DNA from: an uncultured virus (IMG/VR IMGVR_UViG_3300023105_001655)
Lineage: Duplodnaviria; Heunggongvirae; Uroviricota; Caudoviricetes
Direction: 5' to 3' (one strand)
IMG/VR virus record: IMGVR_UViG_3300023105_001655
Length of the DNA: 56,851 nt
The notes beneath the pieces were generated by a model. The model was not told the DNA's origin, made no database searches, and saw only the letters and a list, made by a program, of their open reading frames with translations. The translations under genes were made by a program, and so were the position numbers. Positions 17,388 to 26,135 of this stretch are shown one piece after another. The first letter of the stretch is position 1. Each line of letters opens with the position of its first letter.

Positions 17388-18329
17388 ATGACACGGTTAT
17401 TGACGGTTGCATTGGCTTTTATAGTCATGGCAACAAATGTGGGGTGTGCTTCAGCCTCAGGAAGTGAATATTACGAAGCAATTCGCAAGACCGCAGAAGC
17501 CCAGGCTCTTGCATCCGAAGCGAAGTATCGTGCGCTCGCACAAGTCGCTGCAAGTGGTGATGGTCAGGCTGCATCCGCAGCTGTTATGGCTATCGCACTG
17601 TCTCAAGACAAAACCGTTACCCCGCAGTACGTTGAGTCTTCCGCTCTGAAATGGGCGCAAGTTCTTACGCCTACTGTTGGTACTTTGGGTCTTGGTTTGA
17701 TCCAGGCCGGTGTATCGAAAAATGCATCTAATAACGCTGCTAAAGTCCAGATGGCAAGTATGGCTAGTAACGAAGCCATTCAACTTGGTCAACAGGAAAT
17801 GGTTGGTGGTTTGGTCGGTGATCTGAGTACTGGTTGGTCTACTACCGCAGCTGCTGGTGGTGCCGCTACTGCTGAGATTGCAATCGCAGGATTCAATGCA
17901 CTGAATACTGCTGGTGGTCAAACTGTTGATGTCGCAGTCGCTGGTTTGAATACTGCGGATAGTATCGCAACCACTGGCATGACTACCCTTGGTGATGTTG
18001 CTACCGCCGGTTTCACTCAGATTGGTGCTACTGCTGAAGACGGTATCAATGCAACGGGTGCAGTCGGTCTTGCTGGTATGACTAGTCTTGTGACTTTGGG
18101 TACTACTGGAATTGCCGCTACTGAGAACACTGGTATTAGTCTTGGTACTACGGGAATGACTAGTCTCGTGACTCAGAATGATGCTTGGTTGGACTACTCT
18201 ACAACAAGAGATGCTAACATTCAATCAATTCTTGCAGACTTCAATTCCACGATTCAACAGTTAGGTACTGATCTTGCAACACCGATCACATGTGCTGATG
18301 ATGGAACAGGTACTATTGTTTGTAACTAA
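17388..18329 (+). CDS. Ala/Gly/Thr-rich lipoprotein with 11-residue repeats
   Basis: Signal peptide ending NVGC; hendecad repeats in the C-terminal half; own terminator. Confidence 0.7.
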   Translation: MTRLLTVALAFIVMATNVGCASASGSEYYEAIRKTAEAQALASEAKYRALAQVAASGDGQAASAAVMAIALSQDKTVTPQYVESSALKWAQVLTPTVGTLGLGLIQAGVSKNASNNAAKVQMASMASNEAIQLGQQEMVGGLVGDLSTGWSTTAAAGGAATAEIAIAGFNALNTAGGQTVDVAVAGLNTADSIATTGMTTLGDVATAGFTQIGATAEDGINATGAVGLAGMTSLVTLGTTGIAATENTGISLGTTGMTSLVTQNDAWLDYSTTRDANIQSILADFNSTIQQLGTDLATPITCADDGTGTIVCN

Positions 18330-18351
18330 TTACATCAAAAGTGTGATAAAT

Positions 18352-18377
18352 AAGGGGGGTAACACCCCCTTTTTTTA
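18352..18377 (+). terminator. Rho-independent terminator
   Basis: GGGGGT-AAC-ACCCCC stem followed by a T run. Confidence 0.8.
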
Positions 18378-18383
18378 TGGAGA

Positions 18384-18815
18384 ATGATAATGAAAGAAGA
18401 AGATATCAAAATACTTGAAGAGAAAGTAGAAAAAGAATTTTTAAAAAGTCAAGAACTCTTAGATAATAACCTAGAACAGGCTGAAGTAGATTCTTTATCT
18501 GAGGCTCTTGCTATAGACTATGTGGAAAAGTGGAAGGTTTATGCGAGGATGAAACTTGCAGAAAGCAATTTGGAAAAATCTGAAAATCTTCGCAAAAGTC
18601 TGACGCAAAAATTAGTCCATGTGAATGCGAACCTTGAAGTGACTCTAAAAGCATTAGAAGATAAGAAAATCGCTGTTGCATTTGAGATCAATGAGAAAGA
18701 GAAACTCAAGGAAGAGATGAAGGTATTGAAGGCAGAACTAAGGTCGCTCAAAAAACCTAAAGAGGTTTCAAAGCGTTCGGCCCCCGAAAAAAAGTCCGTG
18801 GCCAAAAACGCTTGA
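18384..18815 (+). CDS. Coiled-coil hypothetical protein
   Basis: E/K/L-rich heptads, GGAG SD. Confidence 0.7.
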   Translation: MIMKEEDIKILEEKVEKEFLKSQELLDNNLEQAEVDSLSEALAIDYVEKWKVYARMKLAESNLEKSENLRKSLTQKLVHVNANLEVTLKALEDKKIAVAFEINEKEKLKEEMKVLKAELRSLKKPKEVSKRSAPEKKSVAKNA

Positions 18816-18824
18816 GAGGTTTTT

Positions 18825-18832
18825 TATAAATA
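18825..18832 (+). promoter_or_regulatory. T4-type late promoter
   Basis: TATAAATA 5 nt before ATG 18838. Confidence 0.75.
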
Positions 18833-18837
18833 GTGGT

Positions 18838-20097
18838 ATGTATAGTTTTTCATCCTATTTAAATGAAGATGCCCAAGGGAAGAATCTTCACCTAGAACAC
18901 CTAGAAGACGAAATTATTAATTTCGGAATTGGTGGGGCTAGGGGCGCAATTAATTTTTTACAGTCTTTGCGTGATATGCTTTCTGGTAGTTCTCGTTCCT
19001 CTGTTCACATGACAGTGAAGTGGGATGGGGCCCCTGCTATCTTTGCTGGTGTAGACCCCTCGGATGGGAAGTTTTTTGTCGCAAAGAAGTCTGTGTTCAA
19101 CAAAACACCGCTACTATATAAGACAAAAAAAGAAATACAAGACGATGCTAAACTACCACAAGCATTGAAAATTCCTTTTAGTATCGCATTAGAAGAATTT
19201 AGCAAACTCGGTATCAGGGGAGTTCTACAGGGTGATTTGATGTTTACCTCTGGTTCCCTTGAAACCGAGACCATTGATAATGTTAGGTATACAACATTTC
19301 AACCAAATACAATCGTTTATGCAGTTCCCCGTGGTTCTGATCTTGACAATCAGATAAGGGCTGCGAGAATTGGTGTTGTATGGCATACCACATATACTGG
19401 CAACAGTTTGCAAAATATGCAAGCGTCTTTTGGTGCAAATATCAGTGGTCTCAAAAAAATAAAAAGTGTGTGGATGGATGATGCTAGTTATCGTGATGAA
19501 AGTGGCACTGCTACCTTTACAAAATCTGAAACTGCATCGGTAACTGCAAAACTTTCCGAGGCAGGAAAGTTATTTCGCAAAATCGATGCTGTACAGTTAA
19601 AGAATTTTATGAGATTGCAGTCTGCTTTGGAAGCTGATAGTAAAACTACTGGCGCTACACTCAAAACATACAATAACTCCAAAGTTAGGGTTGGAGAGAA
19701 AATTGCCAATGTTTCCACCCATGTTTCTGGTTATGAAACTTGGGTGTCGGAAAAGTTTGACCTTGCTGCTAATAAACTAAAGACCCCCGATGCAAAGAAG
19801 AGAGTGGAGAAAAAGAAAGTAGAAACTCTCAGAGAAATAAAAAAACATAGGGTTTTACTTGGAAATATTGTTGCTTTTCAAAATGCTCTGGTAGATGCGA
19901 AGATGATTATTGTGAGGAAACTAAATTCTATCAAACAGTTGATGGATACTTTTGTTCGCACCAAACAGGGATTCAAGGTTGTCAATCCAGAAGGTTATGT
20001 TGCTATCGATAGAGTTGGTGGTAATGCAGTTAAACTTGTTGACCGCATGGAATTCAGTTACAATAATTTCACTGCAATCAAGGCGTGGGACAGATGA
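18838..20097 (+). CDS. Conserved T4-like protein with ligase-type nucleotidyltransferase motifs (DUF6267-like)
   Basis: KNLHLEHLED, TVKWDG (KxDG motif I), QGD, EGYV and KLVDR. Confidence 0.65.
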   Translation: MYSFSSYLNEDAQGKNLHLEHLEDEIINFGIGGARGAINFLQSLRDMLSGSSRSSVHMTVKWDGAPAIFAGVDPSDGKFFVAKKSVFNKTPLLYKTKKEIQDDAKLPQALKIPFSIALEEFSKLGIRGVLQGDLMFTSGSLETETIDNVRYTTFQPNTIVYAVPRGSDLDNQIRAARIGVVWHTTYTGNSLQNMQASFGANISGLKKIKSVWMDDASYRDESGTATFTKSETASVTAKLSEAGKLFRKIDAVQLKNFMRLQSALEADSKTTGATLKTYNNSKVRVGEKIANVSTHVSGYETWVSEKFDLAANKLKTPDAKKRVEKKKVETLREIKKHRVLLGNIVAFQNALVDAKMIIVRKLNSIKQLMDTFVRTKQGFKVVNPEGYVAIDRVGGNAVKLVDRMEFSYNNFTAIKAWDR

Positions 20098-20738
20098 GAA
20101 TAAAAGAAGAAAAAGAAAAACATATCGTGTTTGCATTTGGAAGAATGAATCCGCCTACTGCTGGTCACAGTAAATTGGTAGACAAGGTTCATGCAGAAGC
20201 AAAATCGAGGAATGCTGATCATAGAGTTATAGTTAGTCACTCTCAGGACAAACACAAAAACCCGCTCTCAGCAAAACAAAAATTGAGGTATCTCAAACAT
20301 GTTCATCCCCACGGAAAGTTTGAAGCATCTTCGCAATCCCATCCTCACTTTTTTGCACACCTCAGTAAAATGCACCAAGAGGGTCACACCCATGTCACAA
20401 TGGTGGCAGGATCAGATCGTGTTCATGAATTCCAGAAACTTGCAGACAAGTATAATGGCAAAAAGGGTTCTCACGGATATTATAAGTTTAAGCACCTCAA
20501 AGTTGTATCTGCTGGTGCTCGTGATCCTGATGCTTCGGGTGTTGCTGGAATAAGTGGAACAAAGATGCGATCTCACGCATCTAACAATGATTATAAATCT
20601 TTTAAGTCTGGTTTGCATAAGAACACCTCTCATGAAGAGGCAAAAAAATTGTTCCATGCTACCAGAAAAGGTATGGGTCTTCATGAAGACCAAGTGAGAA
20701 TGTCCTTTTCAATGTTTCTGAAGGAGTCAAATAAATGA
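20094..20738 (+). CDS. Cytidylyltransferase-family (HxGH) nucleotidyltransferase
   Basis: FGRMNPPTAGH, AGSDR, SAG.RDPD and SGTKMR motifs. Confidence 0.85.
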   Translation: MRIKEEKEKHIVFAFGRMNPPTAGHSKLVDKVHAEAKSRNADHRVIVSHSQDKHKNPLSAKQKLRYLKHVHPHGKFEASSQSHPHFFAHLSKMHQEGHTHVTMVAGSDRVHEFQKLADKYNGKKGSHGYYKFKHLKVVSAGARDPDASGVAGISGTKMRSHASNNDYKSFKSGLHKNTSHEEAKKLFHATRKGMGLHEDQVRMSFSMFLKESNK

Positions 20739-21181
20739 ACAGAGAGGCAGTATACGAACAATTAAAGATAGACGAGGGTGTAGTGTATGAAATCTACAAT
20801 GATCACCTTGGATATCCTACTTTCGGAGTCGGACACCTCATCGTTGAGGGTGACGAGGAGATCGGAAAACCAATTGGAACTCCAGTGGACGAAGAAAGAG
20901 TCAGAGAGGTATTTGATAGAGATTTGGAGACAGCAATCCGAGAATGTGATGCTTTATACGGGGAGGGGTGTTTTCGAGATTTTCCCGATGAAGTCCAGCA
21001 GATATTGGTCAACATGATGTTTAATATGGGACGTACCCGATTATCCAAGTTTAAAAAAATGAATGAAGCTCTCTTAGAGGGTGATTGGAAAAATGCCGCA
21101 GTAGAGGGAAGAGATTCTTTGTGGTATAAACAGGTCACCAACAGAGCAGAGAGGTTGATGAGTCGTTTGGAGTCAGTATGA
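20735..21181 (+). CDS. T4-type lysozyme (GH24) endolysin
   Basis: DEG...YNDHLGYPTFGVGH catalytic E/D/T, NMMFNMG, W..Q...RA.R. Confidence 0.9.
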   Translation: MNREAVYEQLKIDEGVVYEIYNDHLGYPTFGVGHLIVEGDEEIGKPIGTPVDEERVREVFDRDLETAIRECDALYGEGCFRDFPDEVQQILVNMMFNMGRTRLSKFKKMNEALLEGDWKNAAVEGRDSLWYKQVTNRAERLMSRLESV

Positions 21182-21549
21182 AAGGTTTTTTAGTTGGTGT
21201 TTTAACAACGGTATTGGTTGGGTGTTCTAGCCTTAGCAATTTAATACCAGATAAGTTTGATAATGTGGAATATGGTAATTTGGTACACTTGGGTGTAATT
21301 TCAGAAAACACAAAGGATTGTTCCTCAGACCAGATTCAACTGGCATGGTCTTATTCTGCTTTCTTGGAAAAGTATTCAGAACATACCATGAACGAAACAA
21401 ATCAAAAAATCTATACACAGATTCATGATCTAACCACTGAGTTGAGAAACAGACAAGACCCGTCTGAGGGTTATTGTAGAATCAAGTGGGGAAATATTTC
21501 CTCTATAGTAGAAGAGGCACTTGCCGTAGCTGGGAGTAGAATGAAATGA
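21178..21549 (+). CDS. Lipoprotein of unknown function
   Basis: Lipobox LVGC; ATGA-coupled to the lysozyme. Confidence 0.7.
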   Translation: MKGFLVGVLTTVLVGCSSLSNLIPDKFDNVEYGNLVHLGVISENTKDCSSDQIQLAWSYSAFLEKYSEHTMNETNQKIYTQIHDLTTELRNRQDPSEGYCRIKWGNISSIVEEALAVAGSRMK

Positions 21550-21761
21550 GCGAAGACGCATTAATTAAGAAGTACGAACAAAAAGTCAGAGAACTCAATG
21601 AACTCTTAGACGGTGGTATGATTTCCCAAGATGAATACGAAGAACTTGTTCAAGACTTTACTGATATCGAATCAATCAGAGAAGATATTAAAGATGAGAG
21701 TATGAAAATTCTTGCTGCTAAGGTTGTTGATGCTATCTCTAAGTTAGTTAAGGTATTATAA
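21546..21761 (+). CDS. Small acidic protein, SHOCT-like motif
   Basis: L.ELLDGGMISQDEY motif. Confidence 0.6.
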   Translation: MSEDALIKKYEQKVRELNELLDGGMISQDEYEELVQDFTDIESIREDIKDESMKILAAKVVDAISKLVKVL

Positions 21762-21764
21762 ATA
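21757..21764 (+). promoter_or_regulatory. T4-type late promoter
   Basis: TATAAATA 6 nt before ATG 21771. Confidence 0.75.
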
Positions 21765-21770
21765 GTCCTT

Positions 21771-24083
21771 ATGGATAAGACTTTCAAAGATTTTCTACCT
21801 CTAGAAGAAGGTGTCAATGACCCTGCCATCTTCAAAGCGGTTTTCTTAGCCGGCGGGCCTGGTAGCGGTAAGTCATTTGTCGTTGGACAAACTGCACTGT
21901 CTACTTTTGGGTTAAAGACTGTCAACTCTGATGATGCGTTTGAGAATGCATTAAAGAAAGCTGGAGTTATGCAATCATACTCTTCTAGAAGAGACCCGGC
22001 GAAAAAAGCAATTACTGACTTCATCTCTAGCCCAAAAGGTCAGGCGATGCGTGACCGAGCAAAATACATAACTAATAAAAGGCAAGACCAATATATTGAA
22101 GGGCGTCTTGGTCTTGTCATTGACGGTACTGGTAAAGATTACGCTAAGATAGAAAAACAGAAAAACGCACTTGAGACTCTAGGTTACCAGACAATGATGA
22201 TTTTTGTCAATGCTGACAGAGAGACTGCTAGAAAAAGAAATGCAAATCGATCCAGAACTATTGACAATGTTTCACTGGGTTTCATGTGGAAAGAAACACA
22301 AAAGAATATTGGTAAGTTTCAGAACTTGTTTGGAAACGATTTTGTTATTATTGATAACTCAGAGGGTTCAGACTATCAAAGTGGAATTATGCACGCCTAT
22401 CGCAAGGTTGGTCGGTGGGTAAAAACTTCCCATAATTATATCGCTCAACGATGGATTCGTGACCAAAAACAACAGAGGGGCATAAGAGAAGACCTCCGTA
22501 ATTGGTTTAGTAAAGATCATCCCAAAGGTGATTGGGTTCGTGTAGGTACGGATGGAGAAATCAAAGGTCAATGTGCAAGAGAGCCTGGCGAAGGTAAACC
22601 CAAGTGTATGCCGAGACAAAAGGCACACAGTATGGACAAGGACGATAGGGCGACTTCTGCCAGACGCAAGAGAAGAAAAGACCCCGTTGCCGATAGAAAG
22701 GGCAAGGGTGGTAAACCCATCATGGTCAAGACGGATGTCAAAGAGGCAGCAAAACTTTCTGCAGCAGAACGTCTCAATAGACGACTCAAAACTCACCACG
22801 GTATAGATTTGGAAGCCCGTCAAAAGTTTTATACGGATATGATCAAGAAAATGAAGGATACTTCTGCAAAAGCAGTTGATTCCTCAAAAACTCAAAAAGA
22901 AACATTTCAGTGGATGAAAGACCCACTTGCCAAAACTGTTCATAGAGTTCACTATAACACCGCACTCAAAACTCTGAAACCTATTATTGATAGAAAGAAG
23001 AGAGAAGGTGGCGGCAAACTCAAACACGGTATTGAATACTATGCTGCACAAGTAGCAAGAACGATTTCCGACAAGGTTGATGCTAGAACTCTGGCAAAAA
23101 TGTATCAGAAGGAAGACAAACAGATTAGTCGATACGAGTGGGGAAGACCAGAAGGTACACAATACTTCAAGGCCTTGACTCCAGGCGAACCAGGCTCTAC
23201 TACCAAGAAAAATCAAACCACCAACAAATATCACTACAAAACAAAGATCGAAGAAGGTGAGAATCATTCGTGGAAAACCGATGGTCACTATAAGAAAGAT
23301 GGTACTGAATGGAAGGGTGATCAACACGCCCACGATGGACAAGTTATGACTGGTAAGAAACACACAAAGGATAGTGAAAACCTATATCACTTCAAAGACC
23401 TTGGCCAAAAAGCTAGACAGATGGTTCTTGATAAACTAAAAATAAAAGAACACTGTGGATGTGAAGAAGAGATGGAAGTTTTGGAAATGGATGTTGATTC
23501 TATCTTCACATCGGAAGATATTGCCGACATGGAAGTTCAAATTGACAATATGGATTTTGATGAGATGATAGGTCTGGGTATGTACGATTCAGAAGAATTA
23601 GAAGACTTTGATTCAGCAGAAGAAGATGACGATGAAGAATCAGATATTCACGACAACGTGGACATTCTTGAAGCCCTGTCTATTCAAGGTAGAATGAAGA
23701 GGCGTTTTAACGCTAGAAGAAACAGACAGAAACTCAAAGTTGCTAGAATGAGAGCATCTAGGAGAGCCGCCGATCCTGCTAGGGTTAAGAGAAGGGCAAC
23801 TCGTGGTGCAAGAAACATGATTAAGTCCAGACTTGCTAGAGGGAGAGACATGTCTTCCATGCCTCCTGCCGAAAAGGCTAGAATTGAGGCTATGTCAAAA
23901 CGATTTACAGGACTGATCTCTAGACTTGCACAGAGAATGGTTCCAATCATTAGAAAGAATGAATTGAAACGACTTACATCTACCAACAAAAAACCACAGA
24001 AGGCGAAGAAGTATAAAGCTTCATCCGCAAAGTCTTCTGCTTCGGCACAAAAGGCTAAGAAATTTAAGGTGAAAAAGAAATGA
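21771..24083 (+). CDS. Multidomain late protein: N-terminal P-loop kinase (zeta toxin/Pnk-like) plus several small modules; probable internal head protein
   Basis: MDKTFKDFLPLEE leader, LAGGPGSGKS, VIDGTG, RN..R.R lid; then basic modules, an acidic tract and an Arg-rich tail. Confidence 0.75.
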   Translation: MDKTFKDFLPLEEGVNDPAIFKAVFLAGGPGSGKSFVVGQTALSTFGLKTVNSDDAFENALKKAGVMQSYSSRRDPAKKAITDFISSPKGQAMRDRAKYITNKRQDQYIEGRLGLVIDGTGKDYAKIEKQKNALETLGYQTMMIFVNADRETARKRNANRSRTIDNVSLGFMWKETQKNIGKFQNLFGNDFVIIDNSEGSDYQSGIMHAYRKVGRWVKTSHNYIAQRWIRDQKQQRGIREDLRNWFSKDHPKGDWVRVGTDGEIKGQCAREPGEGKPKCMPRQKAHSMDKDDRATSARRKRRKDPVADRKGKGGKPIMVKTDVKEAAKLSAAERLNRRLKTHHGIDLEARQKFYTDMIKKMKDTSAKAVDSSKTQKETFQWMKDPLAKTVHRVHYNTALKTLKPIIDRKKREGGGKLKHGIEYYAAQVARTISDKVDARTLAKMYQKEDKQISRYEWGRPEGTQYFKALTPGEPGSTTKKNQTTNKYHYKTKIEEGENHSWKTDGHYKKDGTEWKGDQHAHDGQVMTGKKHTKDSENLYHFKDLGQKARQMVLDKLKIKEHCGCEEEMEVLEMDVDSIFTSEDIADMEVQIDNMDFDEMIGLGMYDSEELEDFDSAEEDDDEESDIHDNVDILEALSIQGRMKRRFNARRNRQKLKVARMRASRRAADPARVKRRATRGARNMIKSRLARGRDMSSMPPAEKARIEAMSKRFTGLISRLAQRMVPIIRKNELKRLTSTNKKPQKAKKYKASSAKSSASAQKAKKFKVKKK

Positions 24084-24364
24084 AAACTTTCCTAGAATTT
24101 TTGGGCGAAGAAGGTATGAAGGGTATGACCGTCAAGGGTGGTCATAAACTTCCTGTTAGCAAAGGTGCTGGCTTAACCAAAAAAGGTGTCGAAAAGTATC
24201 GCCGCCAAAACCCAGGCTCTAAATTGCAAACCGCAGTTACTACTCCGCCCAGTAAACTAAAGCCTGGTAGCAAAGACGCAAAGAGACGCAAATCATTCTG
24301 CGCTCGATCTCGTAGTTGGACAGGCGAAAGAGGTAAGGCCGCAAGAAGAAGGTGGAACTGCTAG
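24080..24364 (+). CDS. Small basic protein with capsid-targeting-like N-terminus
   Basis: MKTFLEFLGEE start; GLT.KG..KYRR.NPGSKL and RRKSFCAR motifs. Confidence 0.75.
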   Translation: MKTFLEFLGEEGMKGMTVKGGHKLPVSKGAGLTKKGVEKYRRQNPGSKLQTAVTTPPSKLKPGSKDAKRRKSFCARSRSWTGERGKAARRRWNC

Positions 24365-24882
24365 TGACTACTGTATTTAGAAATTTCGTAGAACAATTGG
24401 GTGGGTCTGACGCAACCACCTTTGTGGGTTCTGCTGGAGAAATTTTCTATGATCCCACCACCACTACTCTCAGAATTTCTGATGGTTCTACTCCAGGCGG
24501 TGTTATTATAAACACTGGTGGGGGTGGTTCCTCACAAACAATTTCTTGGGATTCTGGGACAAATACTCTATCCATTTCTGGTGGCAATAGTGCTGATCTA
24601 AGTTCTTTGTCAGGACAGAATACTGATTCGCAGACACTTAGTATTGCTGGTACTGATTTAACTATAAGTAATGGTAATACAGTTGACTTATCTGCATTTT
24701 TACAGACCGCAAACTTGGATACAGAGTTGGCCACCGCTACCACAATTACAGAACTGCAAGATGGTTCTGGTTGGAATCTGCCTGGCCCATATACAAATGA
24801 ATCATCTGCTGCTTCTGCTGGCATTGCAATCGGCCAAGCATACTACGATAACGGTGGAACTGTTCGTGTTAGGTTGACATAA
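24364..24882 (+). CDS. Virion structural/fibre-like protein
   Basis: GEIFYD.TT.TLRISDG.TPGG (fibre N-terminal type) and repeated QTLS..G..L.IS.GN..DLS. GTG start uncertain (24352 or 24364). Confidence 0.6.
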   Translation: MTTVFRNFVEQLGGSDATTFVGSAGEIFYDPTTTTLRISDGSTPGGVIINTGGGGSSQTISWDSGTNTLSISGGNSADLSSLSGQNTDSQTLSIAGTDLTISNGNTVDLSAFLQTANLDTELATATTITELQDGSGWNLPGPYTNESSAASAGIAIGQAYYDNGGTVRVRLT

Positions 24883-24898
24883 GGTTATTTAATTTATT

Positions 24899-25855
24899 AT
24901 GAAAGTTGATAAAGTTTTAGAATATGTAAGAACTTATTTGGGACGAGGCCTCGGGTGGGAACATAGTATATGTCTACCGCAAGAAGAACTGGTGAACCTA
25001 AGAAGGTCTATTGGTGGTGTCAATTTACAGTTTGCTGAAACAGAATATCAAGAAAACAGAGATCATCTTGTTCACTGGATGTCAACTGATAATTTAGACG
25101 CATTTAAAAAAAACAAAAAAGATAAAGTAAGGTTAAAGTGTTTGGAACACTTTGGGTGGATAACCGAGAAAGGTGTTCCAGTAGCAATCAATTATAATTT
25201 AAACTCGGATGGGTTTAGAATTGATGATAGTTATGATAAAGAGGGGATTGTGTTTTATGGATGCAGTCACACTTTTGGTGTCGGATTGCCAAAAGAAAAA
25301 ACTTTCTCACACATAGTATCTAAATACTTTGATTGTGCGGATTTCAACTTTGGTGTTCCTGGCACTGGATTGGATTTAGCAGTTTTACATGCTATGTTTA
25401 TGTTAAGAACCGATGTAAAAAATCCAAAAGCAATTGTTGTGTTGAATCCCCCTCCTAGACGATGGAATTTTTTTTCTGGTTTTAATATAAGGTCTTGTTC
25501 TGCAAATACAATAAAGAAAAACCCAACGAAAGAAGAAATGTACAGTATGGAATATTGTTCTATCTTAAACGATATGAACAACCTTGTCCAAACATCAAAA
25601 AACATTGTTATGCTTCAAACAATAGCAAAAGAAATGAAAATTCCAGTTTTTATTGTTGATTCTGCACATGAATTTCGTAAAGAGTATAGAGCATGGGGCC
25701 ACTATGAATGGCAGCTGGCTAGAGGAAATGATTCTTTTGATGGTATAAGTATGGCAAGAGATTTGATACACCCAGGCGCTGAAACTCATAAAATCTGGGC
25801 GGATGATATTATTGGTTTGATAGGCCCGTCTATGAATACCCTTAACTTTGCTTGA
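24899..25855 (+). CDS. SGNH/GDSL-like protein
   Basis: GCSHTFG, NFGVPG and terminal RDLIHPG blocks. Confidence 0.55.
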   Translation: MKVDKVLEYVRTYLGRGLGWEHSICLPQEELVNLRRSIGGVNLQFAETEYQENRDHLVHWMSTDNLDAFKKNKKDKVRLKCLEHFGWITEKGVPVAINYNLNSDGFRIDDSYDKEGIVFYGCSHTFGVGLPKEKTFSHIVSKYFDCADFNFGVPGTGLDLAVLHAMFMLRTDVKNPKAIVVLNPPPRRWNFFSGFNIRSCSANTIKKNPTKEEMYSMEYCSILNDMNNLVQTSKNIVMLQTIAKEMKIPVFIVDSAHEFRKEYRAWGHYEWQLARGNDSFDGISMARDLIHPGAETHKIWADDIIGLIGPSMNTLNFA

Positions 25856-25864
25856 GGAAATCAA

Positions 25865-26113
25865 ATGAAATGGTTAATAGAAAAAATCAAACTATGGTTC
25901 ACAGAAGAATATGAACTTACTGTATTCTTCCCAGGCCCAGCGCAAGTTATGCCGGATGGTTCACGAATTGAGTCTGGGGCCCCAAAGACATATCATTGTA
26001 AAAAAATAGTAAAACTTACTACCAAACATATTATTTTTGTTGATATGGAAGGAAAGAGACACGAAATAAAAATGGTGGGTGATGTTGGGTACGATTTGAA
26101 AAAAATTTATTAA
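25865..26113 (+). CDS. Hypothetical protein
   Basis: GAGG SD, clean ORF. Confidence 0.65.
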   Translation: MKWLIEKIKLWFTEEYELTVFFPGPAQVMPDGSRIESGAPKTYHCKKIVKLTTKHIIFVDMEGKRHEIKMVGDVGYDLKKIY

Positions 26114-26135
26114 TATCTTTATGAATGGATAAAAA

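Noticed and set aside
21771..22500. Zeta toxin of a toxin-antitoxin pair
   Set aside because: The P-loop is generic, the gene has its own late promoter and a capsid-targeting-like leader, and no antitoxin is identifiable.
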